NCBI GenBank assembly: GCA_963700285.1
Contig: CAVOXA010000005.1
Coordinates: 96,001 to 160,000, forward strand
DNA: 64,000 nt
Direction of reading: 5' to 3'
Source: an uncultured Chloroflexia bacterium
GTDB lineage: Bacteria > Chloroflexota > Anaerolineae > JAAYZQ01
Shown: positions 27,732 to 37,237 of the stretch, one piece after another
How the letters are laid out: each line of letters starts with the position of its first letter
How positions within the stretch are numbered: the first letter of the stretch is position 1
The notes under the pieces: generated by a model
Databases searched by the model: none
What the model saw: only the letters and a program-made list of their open reading frames with translations
Told to the model about the DNA's origin: nothing
Made by a program: the position numbers and the translations under genes

Positions 27732-29698
27732 TGTCTTGGCGGCGACAGAGCCTCCGCCGGCGGGATCTGTGGTTGCCGGCGGCGATCCTTCTGCTGGCAA
27801 CGTTGCTGCGCGTCTGCTGGCCCAGGCTGACCGAATTCAAGTTCAGCGAGGCGCGATTGCAGGCGCTTGCGCTCGAGCTTACACGCGGTGGGAATCTCCC
27901 TCTGGTTGGCGTGCCCTCGTCCGCCGGTTTTGATCACTCGCCGCTGAGCGTCTATCTCTACGCCCCAGCCTTTCTTTTCAGCTCCAGTCCCATCCCGGCG
28001 ACCATCTATGGCGGGCTCGCGGGTGTGGCGGCCGTGGCACTGTGCTGGTGGCTGGCGCGCAGGTGGCCTGGGGGTGGACGATGGGCGGCGCTTATTGCCG
28101 CGCTGCTCTTTGCCGTGAGTCCTTGGGCGGTGGCCTTCAGCCGCAAGATCTGGCAGGTGGCCTTTGTTCCCCTGCTGGCGCTTGTCTTTGTGGGTCTGAT
28201 CGTTTCCTCCCTCATCCAGGGCCGCCGCTGGAACCTGACCTGGTCCCTGGTAGTTCTGTCCCTCTTGGTTCAAGTGCACCCCTCGGCTGTATCGCTAGGC
28301 CTGGCCCTGTTGATATGGCTCATTGTCTTCAGACGGCAGGTCAAGCTGGCCCCCCTCCTGGCGGGTGTGAGCCTCGGTGTACTTGCGGCGTTGCCTTTTA
28401 TTGCCCATCAGATGCAGAGCGGCTGGCCTGTACTGGCTGCTTTGGGCTCCCTCCCTGAGCCGGCGTGGGATCTGGGGGCTGTACGCCTGGCCTGGGAGGC
28501 AATCACTGGGCGCGGTATCCATGCCCTGGCCGGCGATGCCTACCCGTTTCTGAAGTTGGTGCCACAGCTTGGCTGGACCTTCAATCTGATCGGCTGGCTG
28601 GCCGTGGGATCTGGCCTGTGGCTGATCTGGAGGCTGCTCGCTGATTGGCGCTCTGAAGATGCCGAGAGGAGCCAGGCTGCCCGCGTCGATCTCGTGCTCC
28701 TTTCGTGGCTGGTGGTCCCCATCATCTTTAACCTGCGGCATAGCCTGGATCTTTACCTGCATTTCTTTGCCCTGGTGATGCCTGCCGCCTACATACTCAT
28801 TGGCAGGACAGGCCAGGACCTTTTCCGGCGATCTGAGGCAAGTGTACAGGGTGTTCTGAGGGTTGGCGCAGTTGTTGTGCTGGGGTTGTTGGTCGTAGGT
28901 CAGGTGGCGGCCCTGGGCATGATGGCCCGCTTTGTGGCGACCCATGACACGCCTGGCGGGTTTGAACGGCCTCTGGGGCGCTACCTGGACGTTGCCGGCG
29001 AAGCAGTGGCAGCGGCCGCTGACTCTGAAGCCGTTGAAGTACTTGTGGTGGGACCGGGCGATTCGCCGGTCGTGGACGAGACGCCCGCCATTTTCGATGT
29101 TCTTCTGCGGGGTCGGGTTCCCTATCGCTTGGTGGATGGGGAATCGGCGGCGGTCTTTCCCCCGCATCGAGCGCTGGCGCTCGTGGTCCCGGAAGCTGGG
29201 CAGGCTGCAGAGTGGTATCTACCCTGGTTGGATTCCGAGTTGCCAGACGGGTTTTGGCTGGCGGCGCTAGATGGTTCGTGGCCGGAAGATGCGCTGGAGC
29301 CCGTGGCCGGACCGCGCCTGTTCCAGAACGGTATAGAGGTGCAGGGCTATACCTGGCAGGGCGACGCTGCCAGTGGCCAGGTGCGCGCCTGGCTGCTGTG
29401 GCAGGTGCTGTGGCAGAGTCCCGATGATACCCACTTTTTCGTCCAACTACTGGACGACCAAGTACGGCCCCTGGGACAACAGGATGGTGATGGTTACCCG
29501 GCTGCCTACCGGGCGAAGGGTGACCGGATCATCAGCAAATTTGACATAAGTTTTCACGAAACACAAACGCAAGCTCTGTACTGGTTGCGTACAGGCCAAT
29601 ACCTGTTCCCCGAGGTGGTCAATGTGCCCGTGATTGATGGGGCGGGCACTCCTGTTGGAGATGTGGTCCACCTCGGGCCTCTGTCTGAGGGACCTTAG
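27728..29698 (+). CDS. GT-C-like membrane glycosyltransferase with C-terminal soluble domain
   Basis: P.VGVPSSAG, AALLFAVSPWAV.FSRKIW and C-terminal HFFVQLLD...GQQDG. Confidence 0.75.
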   Translation: MMSWRRQSLRRRDLWLPAAILLLATLLRVCWPRLTEFKFSEARLQALALELTRGGNLPLVGVPSSAGFDHSPLSVYLYAPAFLFSSSPIPATIYGGLAGVAAVALCWWLARRWPGGGRWAALIAALLFAVSPWAVAFSRKIWQVAFVPLLALVFVGLIVSSLIQGRRWNLTWSLVVLSLLVQVHPSAVSLGLALLIWLIVFRRQVKLAPLLAGVSLGVLAALPFIAHQMQSGWPVLAALGSLPEPAWDLGAVRLAWEAITGRGIHALAGDAYPFLKLVPQLGWTFNLIGWLAVGSGLWLIWRLLADWRSEDAERSQAARVDLVLLSWLVVPIIFNLRHSLDLYLHFFALVMPAAYILIGRTGQDLFRRSEASVQGVLRVGAVVVLGLLVVGQVAALGMMARFVATHDTPGGFERPLGRYLDVAGEAVAAAADSEAVEVLVVGPGDSPVVDETPAIFDVLLRGRVPYRLVDGESAAVFPPHRALALVVPEAGQAAEWYLPWLDSELPDGFWLAALDGSWPEDALEPVAGPRLFQNGIEVQGYTWQGDAASGQVRAWLLWQVLWQSPDDTHFFVQLLDDQVRPLGQQDGDGYPAAYRAKGDRIISKFDISFHETQTQALYWLRTGQYLFPEVVNVPVIDGAGTPVGDVVHLGPLSEGP

Positions 29699-29701
29699 CC
29701 G

Positions 29702-31207
29702 ATGCTATCCAGTCTGCCAATGCAGCCCTGGCTTCTGGTCGGGCTACTTTTCTTCAGTCTGGTGGTGACGCTGTCAACCAGTTGGCTGATGGCGCGGGTA
29801 CAAGGAACCTCGCGCTCCACCGTTACCCTGGGCGTTGTTCTGGCAGCGCTTCTTTGGATGTTGATCCTCTTTGCCGCTGGCCTGGTCGCCGCGCGCTACA
29901 TCGAGCGGGCGGACAACGGGCTTGTGTACTGGCTTGCCTATGGAGCGGTTGCTGTTGTCCTTTCCCTAGTCCGCGCTCTCCTCTACAACCGCCACAGGGA
30001 GCAACCCGCGCAGCGGCCCGGGCCAACCGGTCCTGTATGGGCGCGTAGCACGGTATGGCAGCTCAACTATCTGCTTTTTGCCGCAGTTCTGTATCTGGCA
30101 CTTGCCTGGCTAGCTGGCCGGTACCTTGAGCCGATTCTGTTGATCCCCCTGGCCATCGGGGCGCTGCTGCCTGGCTTGGATTCCGAACGTTCCTGGCTTG
30201 GCAGGCTTCTGCCTTTCGTCTCCCGCCGCCTTGAGGCTCGCTTCGGGCAGCCGCATGTCCTGCACAGCTTGGGCGCGAGTCTTCTGGTCGCGGTTATCAT
30301 GCTGCCACTCGCCCTGATCGCCGGTTGGGGCGCCTGGGCGCTGATGCTTTTGGGCTATGTGTCACATCTGATCCTGGACTTGCTCAGGCCGGATGGACTC
30401 ATGTTGCTCTGGCCTGTGACCCGCAAGCGCTTTGCGATTTTTGGCCGATCGGTCGCTGCGCTGGCTAGCGGGTTCGAGACCAAGCTTTTGTTGGGACTGG
30501 CTGCCATTGCCTTGTTTCTCCTATTCTTTGTAGATGTGGGCCGGCCACCGCCGCAACCTGCTCCAGTGCCGAGCTACGCCCAGACCCTCGATCGATACTA
30601 TGCCCTGCGTGGGCGGAACCAGGTGGTCGCCGCGGTGGAGGGAACCTGGCAGGCCACCGGGCGACGGATCACCGATCGCTTTGAGGTTCTCAATGCCGCT
30701 GGCGAGTCCTTTGTCATGCTCGACCGCTTCACAGGTAAGGTCTTTTCGGCAGGGCGGGGGGCCGCCGACAACCTGTACCTGAACAGCATCAGGCTGCAAG
30801 AGGGGCCGCCAATCCGCATCCAGGCGGTGGAGGTGCAGCTTCAAGACCAGACATTGGTCGATGCCCTACCCGCCATCTATCAGATGGAACGGGAGCCAGG
30901 ATTGCAGCACATCTACGTCTCGGGGGACGTCATTCTGCCCCCAGGCCCTGCTGGTGCTGAGCCGCCTCTGGCTGCCAGCCAGGCGCAGACCAGTTTGCGC
31001 CATATCCAGCCAAGTGATGGGGACCCGACAAATAGACACTACCGGCTTCAGTACTTGACCGCGCCCAATCTGATCGACCTGGCCCACGTTCAGGTAGAGA
31101 TGGCAGATCTGGTCATCGTCGCTACCTACGTTCCAGACGCCTCCGGGCCAACGCCTACACCGTTGCCCACCCCACTGCTTCAGCCAACGGTCGAGGTCAA
31201 GCCATGA
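29702..31207 (+). CDS. YdjM-like membrane metal-dependent hydrolase domain plus extracellular domain
   Basis: GALLPGLD...HSL...GYVSHLILDLL...G.MLLWP; the motifs are partly degenerate. Confidence 0.7.
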   Translation: MLSSLPMQPWLLVGLLFFSLVVTLSTSWLMARVQGTSRSTVTLGVVLAALLWMLILFAAGLVAARYIERADNGLVYWLAYGAVAVVLSLVRALLYNRHREQPAQRPGPTGPVWARSTVWQLNYLLFAAVLYLALAWLAGRYLEPILLIPLAIGALLPGLDSERSWLGRLLPFVSRRLEARFGQPHVLHSLGASLLVAVIMLPLALIAGWGAWALMLLGYVSHLILDLLRPDGLMLLWPVTRKRFAIFGRSVAALASGFETKLLLGLAAIALFLLFFVDVGRPPPQPAPVPSYAQTLDRYYALRGRNQVVAAVEGTWQATGRRITDRFEVLNAAGESFVMLDRFTGKVFSAGRGAADNLYLNSIRLQEGPPIRIQAVEVQLQDQTLVDALPAIYQMEREPGLQHIYVSGDVILPPGPAGAEPPLAASQAQTSLRHIQPSDGDPTNRHYRLQYLTAPNLIDLAHVQVEMADLVIVATYVPDASGPTPTPLPTPLLQPTVEVKP

Positions 31208-32124
31208 CCAGGGCTTCCATTCTTTATGCGGTTTTTGTCGGAGTTGTCCTCTTGCTGGTGGTGCTCGCTTTTGTACCCATCCTGGCCAGCGATCTCTTTC
31301 GCCAGCCCTACCATTCCTTGTGGCCCACCATCAACCGCACCCTAGCCCGGCTGCGCATCGACTACAATCCTCCCGGTGGTGGGATACCGCCGCGCTATCC
31401 TTCCTGGCGCGATCCGGCCGACGCTTTTCTGTTCTTCCGCGAGTTGACGCTCACTACGGCCGATGGCGTTGACCTGAATGCATGGTACGTACCAGCCCAA
31501 GAGACCGGTGCCCCCACCGTCCTGCTGACTCATGGCCTCTTGGGTAACAAGTGGCTTTTTCTGCGGCTGGTGCCGTGGCTGCACGACGCAGGTTATAATG
31601 TGATGCTTTTCGACTTCCGGGGACATGGTCAGAGCGATGATATGCCGACGACGGTTGGTCGCCGCGAGGTCCTGGACGTTCAGGCGGCGCTGGATTGGTT
31701 GGAGGATGAGGGTGCCGGCGACCGTGTCGTGGGACTGGGGACCAGCCTCGGCGCCGTGGCCCTGGTCAATACCGCCGTGCGAGATGATCGCCTGGATGCC
31801 CTCATTTTGGATAGCATGTTCGCCGAGTGGAGCGATGTGGATTATGCCAAGGACTACCGGCTGCCGCCTGAATGGCTAGTGCCCGACGTGCCGACTCCCG
31901 AGGATCTGCTGCCGCAGATCCACGTGCCGGTCTTTGTCATCCACGGGACGGCGGATCTGCTGACCAGTGTAGATCATGCCTACCGCGTTTACGCGGCCGC
32001 CAATGAGCCAAAGCAGTTGTGGATCAATGACTCGGGGCATGCCTGGTCGGCCTGGACCTACCCCGACATCTTTGAGTCGCGGGTCTTGGACTTTATGGCA
32101 CGATCTCTATCGGAGCAGGAGTGA
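31204..32124 (+). CDS. Membrane-anchored alpha/beta hydrolase
   Basis: HG oxyanion motif, DFRGHGQS, GTSLG nucleophile, IHGTAD and SGH. Confidence 0.88.
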   Translation: MTRASILYAVFVGVVLLLVVLAFVPILASDLFRQPYHSLWPTINRTLARLRIDYNPPGGGIPPRYPSWRDPADAFLFFRELTLTTADGVDLNAWYVPAQETGAPTVLLTHGLLGNKWLFLRLVPWLHDAGYNVMLFDFRGHGQSDDMPTTVGRREVLDVQAALDWLEDEGAGDRVVGLGTSLGAVALVNTAVRDDRLDALILDSMFAEWSDVDYAKDYRLPPEWLVPDVPTPEDLLPQIHVPVFVIHGTADLLTSVDHAYRVYAAANEPKQLWINDSGHAWSAWTYPDIFESRVLDFMARSLSEQE

Positions 32125-32133
32125 GGTTCTTGA

Positions 32134-32901
32134 GTGACATTACATAATGGAGAGGCCAAGCCAGCTTCGCGTCGCTTCTGGGAAATTGACACAGTCCGAG
32201 GCATCGCTGTCGTCTTGATGATCTTTTTCCACTTGATGTGGGATCTGAGTTTCTTTGGCGCTTATTCGGGTAGCATGCTGGCGCCCCCCTGGCGGATCCT
32301 GGCCCGGAGCATTGGCACCACGTTCATCTTTTTGATGGGCCTTTCCCTGACACTAACCCACAATCGCTTGAGGTCCAGGATGGATCACGGGCCTCTGTTT
32401 CGAAAATACCTGTTGCGGGGCGCCATGCTCTTTGGCTGGGGCCTGGTGATCACGGCAGTGACCTATTGGGTCCTGGGCCGCGGCTTTGTCGTATTCGGCA
32501 TCCTTCACCTGCTGGGACTGTCAACCATTCTGGCCTACCCCTTTTTGCGGTCGCGATGGCTTAGCCTGGCCGCGGGGATCGGGATCATTATCCTGGGTTT
32601 CTATGCCAACGACGTGATGTCCCTATCCCCTTGGTTGCTTTGGCTAGGTGTAAAGCAGTTGGGGCGCTATATGGTTGACTATTACCCGTTGCTGCCCTGG
32701 TTCGGCGTCGCGCTGCTGGGAGTCTTCTATGGCCTCACATTGTATCCCAATGGCCTTCCCCGGTTCGACTTGCCGGACCTGTCGCCCAAAGCTCCCGTTC
32801 GCGCCCTGACCTTTCTGGGGCGGCACTCGCTGGCCATCTATCTGGTGCACCAGCCTATCATACTTGGCGTCTTGGTGCTCGTGGGGATTGGTTCCATCTA
32901 G
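32134..32901 (+). CDS. DUF1624 / HGSNAT-like membrane acyltransferase
   Basis: RFWEID..RGIA..LMI.FH, FGILH, DYYPLLPW and GRHSL.IYL.HQP. Confidence 0.88.
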   Translation: MTLHNGEAKPASRRFWEIDTVRGIAVVLMIFFHLMWDLSFFGAYSGSMLAPPWRILARSIGTTFIFLMGLSLTLTHNRLRSRMDHGPLFRKYLLRGAMLFGWGLVITAVTYWVLGRGFVVFGILHLLGLSTILAYPFLRSRWLSLAAGIGIIILGFYANDVMSLSPWLLWLGVKQLGRYMVDYYPLLPWFGVALLGVFYGLTLYPNGLPRFDLPDLSPKAPVRALTFLGRHSLAIYLVHQPIILGVLVLVGIGSI

Positions 32902-32954
32902 TCCCTGGCGCGATCCGCTCCCCTATCAAGTTGCCAGGAATTCCGGTTCTTCAC

Positions 32955-35030
32955 TCAGTCCAGAGGCAAGCCAAACTGCACGCGGTCCGGGTAATGGCAG
33001 GCGACCAGGTGTCTGCGGCCATCGTCCAGCATGCGCAGGGGGGCGAGGTCCGTGGCGCAGTTCTCCTCGGCATATTGGCAGCGCGGATGGAAGGGGCAGC
33101 CTGGCGGCGGCTTGCGCGCACTGGGGATCTCGCCTGTCAAGATGATATGCCGCTGCTCGTCCCGCAGACGGGGGTCGGGTATGGGAATGGCCGAGATGAG
33201 CGCCTCGGTGTAGGGATGCCTGGGCCGCGAAAAAAGATCCTCGGTCTGGGCTACTTCCACGATCTTGCCCAGGTACATGACTGCCACCCGATGGGCGATG
33301 AAGCCCAACACGTTTAGGTTGTGGGTGATGATGATGTAGGTGAGGTTGAGCTCTTTGCCCAGATCCTTTAGCAGATTTAGGATACCAGCGGCCACCGACA
33401 CGTCAAGTCCGGCCGTGGGCTCATCCGCGACGAGGATGTCGGGATGAAGAGCCAGGGCGCGCGCGATTCCGACCCTGCGAGCCTGGCCACCTGAGAGCTG
33501 GTGCGGGTACTTGTCGGCTTGCTCGGATGACAAGCCCACCATCTCTAGCAGTTCGGCAACCTTGGCCTTGCTATCAACCGGGACGTCGTGGATGCGGAAT
33601 GGTTCGAGCAGCAGGGACGAGACCTTCATCCGCGGGCTCAGGCTGGAAAAAGGGTCCTGGAAAATCATCTGCATCCGTTCCCGCATGGGACGCATCTTTG
33701 CCTGGGAGATCTGGGTGATGTCCTGGCCCTCGATGACGACCGCGCCGTCGGTCGCATCCACCAGGCGCAGAAGCGTCCGTCCCAGAGTAGTTTTGCCCGA
33801 GCCTGACTCGCCGACGAGGCCCAGGACGTCGCCGCGCAGGATCTGAAAGTCGACGCCATCGACGGCCCGCACAGCGCTGCTTTTCTGTCCCAAGATCTGG
33901 TTCAACAGACCGGTGTGATCCTGAAAGTGAGTGCGCAGCGCCTTCATCTCGACCAGTACCTCACCCCTATCCGGACCCCTAGCGCCGGGCGCCGATACCG
34001 CCCGCTGGGTTGGCGCGGCTTCCGGGATGGATTCAAGGCGGTCTCCGATCCAATCGGCGCTGTACGCATGGCACAGTACGCTGTGATTGCTGACTTGCCA
34101 GTACGCTGGCTCGACTGTATGGCAGGTGACGGTCGCCAGGTCGCAGCGCGGCGCAAACTTGCAGCCGGCCGGTAGTTCCATCAGGCTCGGTACCCGCCCG
34201 CGTATGGTGCGTAGGCGACCCTGCCGCACGCTGTGAGACGGGTGGGAGCGCAGCAGCGCTTGGGTATAGGGGTGTTTCGGCTCGTCAAAGATGCCAAAAA
34301 CGCCGCCCGTTTCGACGATGTTGCCTGCGTACATGACAATGACCCGGTCGCAGAGCCGGGCGATGACCCCCAGATCGTGGGTGATGTACAGGATGGCTGT
34401 CCCCAATTCGTCACGCAGCCCGGCGATCAATTCCAGGATCTGGGCTTCCAGGGTCACGTCCAGGGCTGAGGTTGGTTCATCGGCAACGAGGAGCAGAGGG
34501 TTGGAGAGCAGCGCCGTGGCGATCATGATCCGCTGGCGCATGCCGCCAGAGAACTGGTGCGGGTACTCTTTGATCTGTCTGGCCGGGTCGGGGATCCCAA
34601 CACGGTCCAACATGGCTACGGCCCGCTCCGTCAATTCCTTCTGGCCCCGCTGATCGTCTCGTGGTTGCTGGGCTTTGAGGGCATCCACCATCTGCTGCTC
34701 GACGCTAAAGACCGGGTTGAGGCTGGTCATCGCGTCCTGGAAGATCATGGCCAGGTCCCTGCCCCGTAGCGCACGTATCGATTCCTGGTCGAGCTGACGC
34801 AGGTCCATGCCATTGAAAAGGATCTGCCCGCCGGTGATCTCGCCGTTGGGCGGCAGCAGTTGCATGACAGCCGAGCTTATTGTACTCTTTCCGCAGCCCG
34901 ATTCGCCTACCACGCCGACGATTTCCCCTCGAACGACGTCAAAGTTGGCGCCATGGATAGCCGTGAGGGTGCCTGCCCGGGTGTGGTACTGGACTTCCAG
35001 GTCTTTTACCTGCAACAGCGGTTCAGCCAT
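32955..35030 (-). CDS. Fused OppD/OppF ABC ATPase
   Basis: Two nucleotide-binding domains (GESGCGKS, GESGSGKT; SGG signatures), each with HPYT and a Cys-rich oligopeptide C-terminal region. Confidence 0.93.
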   Translation of the reverse strand: MAEPLLQVKDLEVQYHTRAGTLTAIHGANFDVVRGEIVGVVGESGCGKSTISSAVMQLLPPNGEITGGQILFNGMDLRQLDQESIRALRGRDLAMIFQDAMTSLNPVFSVEQQMVDALKAQQPRDDQRGQKELTERAVAMLDRVGIPDPARQIKEYPHQFSGGMRQRIMIATALLSNPLLLVADEPTSALDVTLEAQILELIAGLRDELGTAILYITHDLGVIARLCDRVIVMYAGNIVETGGVFGIFDEPKHPYTQALLRSHPSHSVRQGRLRTIRGRVPSLMELPAGCKFAPRCDLATVTCHTVEPAYWQVSNHSVLCHAYSADWIGDRLESIPEAAPTQRAVSAPGARGPDRGEVLVEMKALRTHFQDHTGLLNQILGQKSSAVRAVDGVDFQILRGDVLGLVGESGSGKTTLGRTLLRLVDATDGAVVIEGQDITQISQAKMRPMRERMQMIFQDPFSSLSPRMKVSSLLLEPFRIHDVPVDSKAKVAELLEMVGLSSEQADKYPHQLSGGQARRVGIARALALHPDILVADEPTAGLDVSVAAGILNLLKDLGKELNLTYIIITHNLNVLGFIAHRVAVMYLGKIVEVAQTEDLFSRPRHPYTEALISAIPIPDPRLRDEQRHIILTGEIPSARKPPPGCPFHPRCQYAEENCATDLAPLRMLDDGRRHLVACHYPDRVQFGLPLD

Positions 35031-35920
35031 CAGGCGCCTCGCGTTCCGGACAGCCGTGGGTCGAGCACGTCCCGCAGCGTTTCTCCGAACAGGGTGAATC
35101 CCAGGGTGACGATGATGAGTGTCAGACCGGCCCAAAAGACCGGCCAAGGCGATTGGCGGATAAAGTTAAAGCCATCGGACAGAATCACGCCCCAGGACGG
35201 TGTTGGCGGTTTGACGCCCAGCCCCAGGAAGGAGAGCCCCGCCTCGAAGGTGATCACGACCGGCAGGTCCATGGCCGCCAGGATGAGCAAGGGGGCTACG
35301 ATATTGGGCAGGATGTGGATGCCCACGATGCGCTTCTGGCTGGCGCCCAGGGAGCGTTCAACTTCGACATACTGGTCCTGCCTGGCCGACAGGACCTGAG
35401 CGCGCGTGATCCGGGCATAGCCCGGGATCCAGGCCAGGCCGATGACGATCACGACGTTGACCAGCGACGAACCCAGAAGGGCGAGGATGGCCAGAGCCAG
35501 GATGACGGCCGGAAATGCCTGCATCGAGTCCATGAAAACAACCGTCGCGTCATCGACGACGCCGCCCAAATAGCCGGCCGTGAGGCCCAGAAGGATGCCG
35601 CCTACCAGGGCGATGGCCACGGCCGGCAGGGCCACTACCAGAGCGATGCGGGCGCCATAGATGATGCGCGACAGGAGGTCTCTCCCCAGGTGGTCCGTGC
35701 CCAGAGGATACTGGCGCGAGGGTCCCTGCAGCATGTTGGGTATGTCCTGTTCGGCATAGTGATAGGGGGCCAGGATGGGGGCGAACAGGACCATGAGCAT
35801 GAACCCGGCTACAATCACAAAACCAAGGACGCCTAGTGGTCGCTTGAGTACATCTCCGAGGACTGGGATGCGATTTAGAAATCTTGTGATACGATTGGTC
35901 GGCCTGGCGACAAATTGCAT
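35030..35920 (-). CDS. OppC/DppC-type ABC permease
   Basis: LGTDHLGRDLLSR, EAGLSFLGLG..PP.PSWG and LRDVLDPR. Confidence 0.93.
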   Translation of the reverse strand: MQFVARPTNRITRFLNRIPVLGDVLKRPLGVLGFVIVAGFMLMVLFAPILAPYHYAEQDIPNMLQGPSRQYPLGTDHLGRDLLSRIIYGARIALVVALPAVAIALVGGILLGLTAGYLGGVVDDATVVFMDSMQAFPAVILALAILALLGSSLVNVVIVIGLAWIPGYARITRAQVLSARQDQYVEVERSLGASQKRIVGIHILPNIVAPLLILAAMDLPVVITFEAGLSFLGLGVKPPTPSWGVILSDGFNFIRQSPWPVFWAGLTLIIVTLGFTLFGETLRDVLDPRLSGTRGA

Positions 35921-35921
35921 C

Positions 35922-36875
35922 TCAACCTCGTACTTTGTCTAGCTGGATGCGCGGATCCAGGTAGGTATAGGTCAGGTCGGCTAGAAGGTTCGCCAGCACA
36001 AAAAGGATGGCCACAACCAGGACGCCGGCACGGACGATGGGATAGTTGCGGGCCTGGATGGCGTTGTAGATGAGCGTTCCCATACCGGGCCGGCTAAAGA
36101 TCAACTCCACAAAGACGGCGCCGGCCATCAGGTTGCCGACACCAATACCCAGTACGGCTACCGTCGGGATCAGGGCGTTCTTGAGCGCGTACTTGTAAAA
36201 GATCTGGCGCTGGGACAGGCCCGAGGCCATGGCCGCCCGGATATAGGTCTGATTGAGTACTTCCAGCAGGCTGGCCCGTACCAGGCGGGCCAGGTAGCCG
36301 ATCCAGGTGATGGCTAGGGCGGTGGCTGGCAGTATCAGATGTTTGATATAGTCGCCAGGGTCACCAGTTTTGCCCAGGCCGATGGCCGGCATCCACTGCA
36401 ACTCCACGGCAAAGATGAGCAACAAGAACAGCCCGGCTACGTAGGAGGGGATGGTTATGAAGGAGATGGAGAACACCGCCGTGATCCGGTCTGGCCATGA
36501 ATCGGGATGGGTCGCCGAGTAAACGCCGAGGGGGACGCCGAGAATGGTCGCCAGCCCCAGGGCCGTCCAGGCCAGGATCAGGGTGTGGGGCAAAGCGGCG
36601 CCGACGAGCATGCTGATCCGCCGTCCGGTAAAGATGTCCGTACCCAGATCACCCTGGACCGTGTGCCACACGGCATTGGCGATCTGTATGTGTACCGGCT
36701 TGTCTAGGTCCATGGAAGCGCGGACCTTGGCGATCAGCTCCGCGTTGGCGCGTGGGCCCAGCAGGGTCTTGGCTGGATCGCCGGGCACGATATGGATCAG
36801 CAAAGACAGGAAGACTATGACAAACAGAAGCACAAGCATTGTCATCAGCAGACGCTTGAGAAGATAGCCGCGCAC
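35922..36875 (-). CDS. OppB/DppB-type ABC permease
   Basis: PGDPA, HLILPA, KNALIP and YLDPRI. Confidence 0.93.
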   Translation of the reverse strand: MRGYLLKRLLMTMLVLLFVIVFLSLLIHIVPGDPAKTLLGPRANAELIAKVRASMDLDKPVHIQIANAVWHTVQGDLGTDIFTGRRISMLVGAALPHTLILAWTALGLATILGVPLGVYSATHPDSWPDRITAVFSISFITIPSYVAGLFLLLIFAVELQWMPAIGLGKTGDPGDYIKHLILPATALAITWIGYLARLVRASLLEVLNQTYIRAAMASGLSQRQIFYKYALKNALIPTVAVLGIGVGNLMAGAVFVELIFSRPGMGTLIYNAIQARNYPIVRAGVLVVAILFVLANLLADLTYTYLDPRIQLDKVRG

Positions 36876-36982
36876 GGTATAGTTTATTCCTTTCCGGGTC
36901 CAATCACCGGCGACCCTGTGGCCCGGTCAGAGTATACACGAACCTGGATATTCCTGTCAAGTGGGCTCGCCACCGGTCATAG

Positions 36983-37129
36983 GGCTGTTGCAGGGTCGGA
37001 GACTAACCTCCCGCAGGCTTGTCCGCAGCCGAGATACCGGCTGAACCGGGCTGGACTCACCCGTGTGCGGGTACCTGAAGAGGCAAAACCTGCGGGAGGT
37101 TGCCCTTGTCAAGGTACTTTGCAACAGCC
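36983..37129. mobile_element. MITE/REP-like element with nested inverted repeats
   Basis: Outer 10-bp IR GGCTGTTGCA(36983-36992)/TGCAACAGCC(37120-37129); inner 13-bp IR AACCTCCCGCAGG(37005-37017)/CCTGCGGGAGGTT(37089-37101). No clear target-site duplication. Confidence 0.5.
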
Positions 37130-37237
37130 ATGCCACTGGTCGGCGGTGATGGATCTGCGCCGACCGGTGGTCAGCATAAGCATGGCATAGCAAGGGTAGG
37201 CTCCGGCAACTATCCGTATCCTGGCCACGACGTCGAG

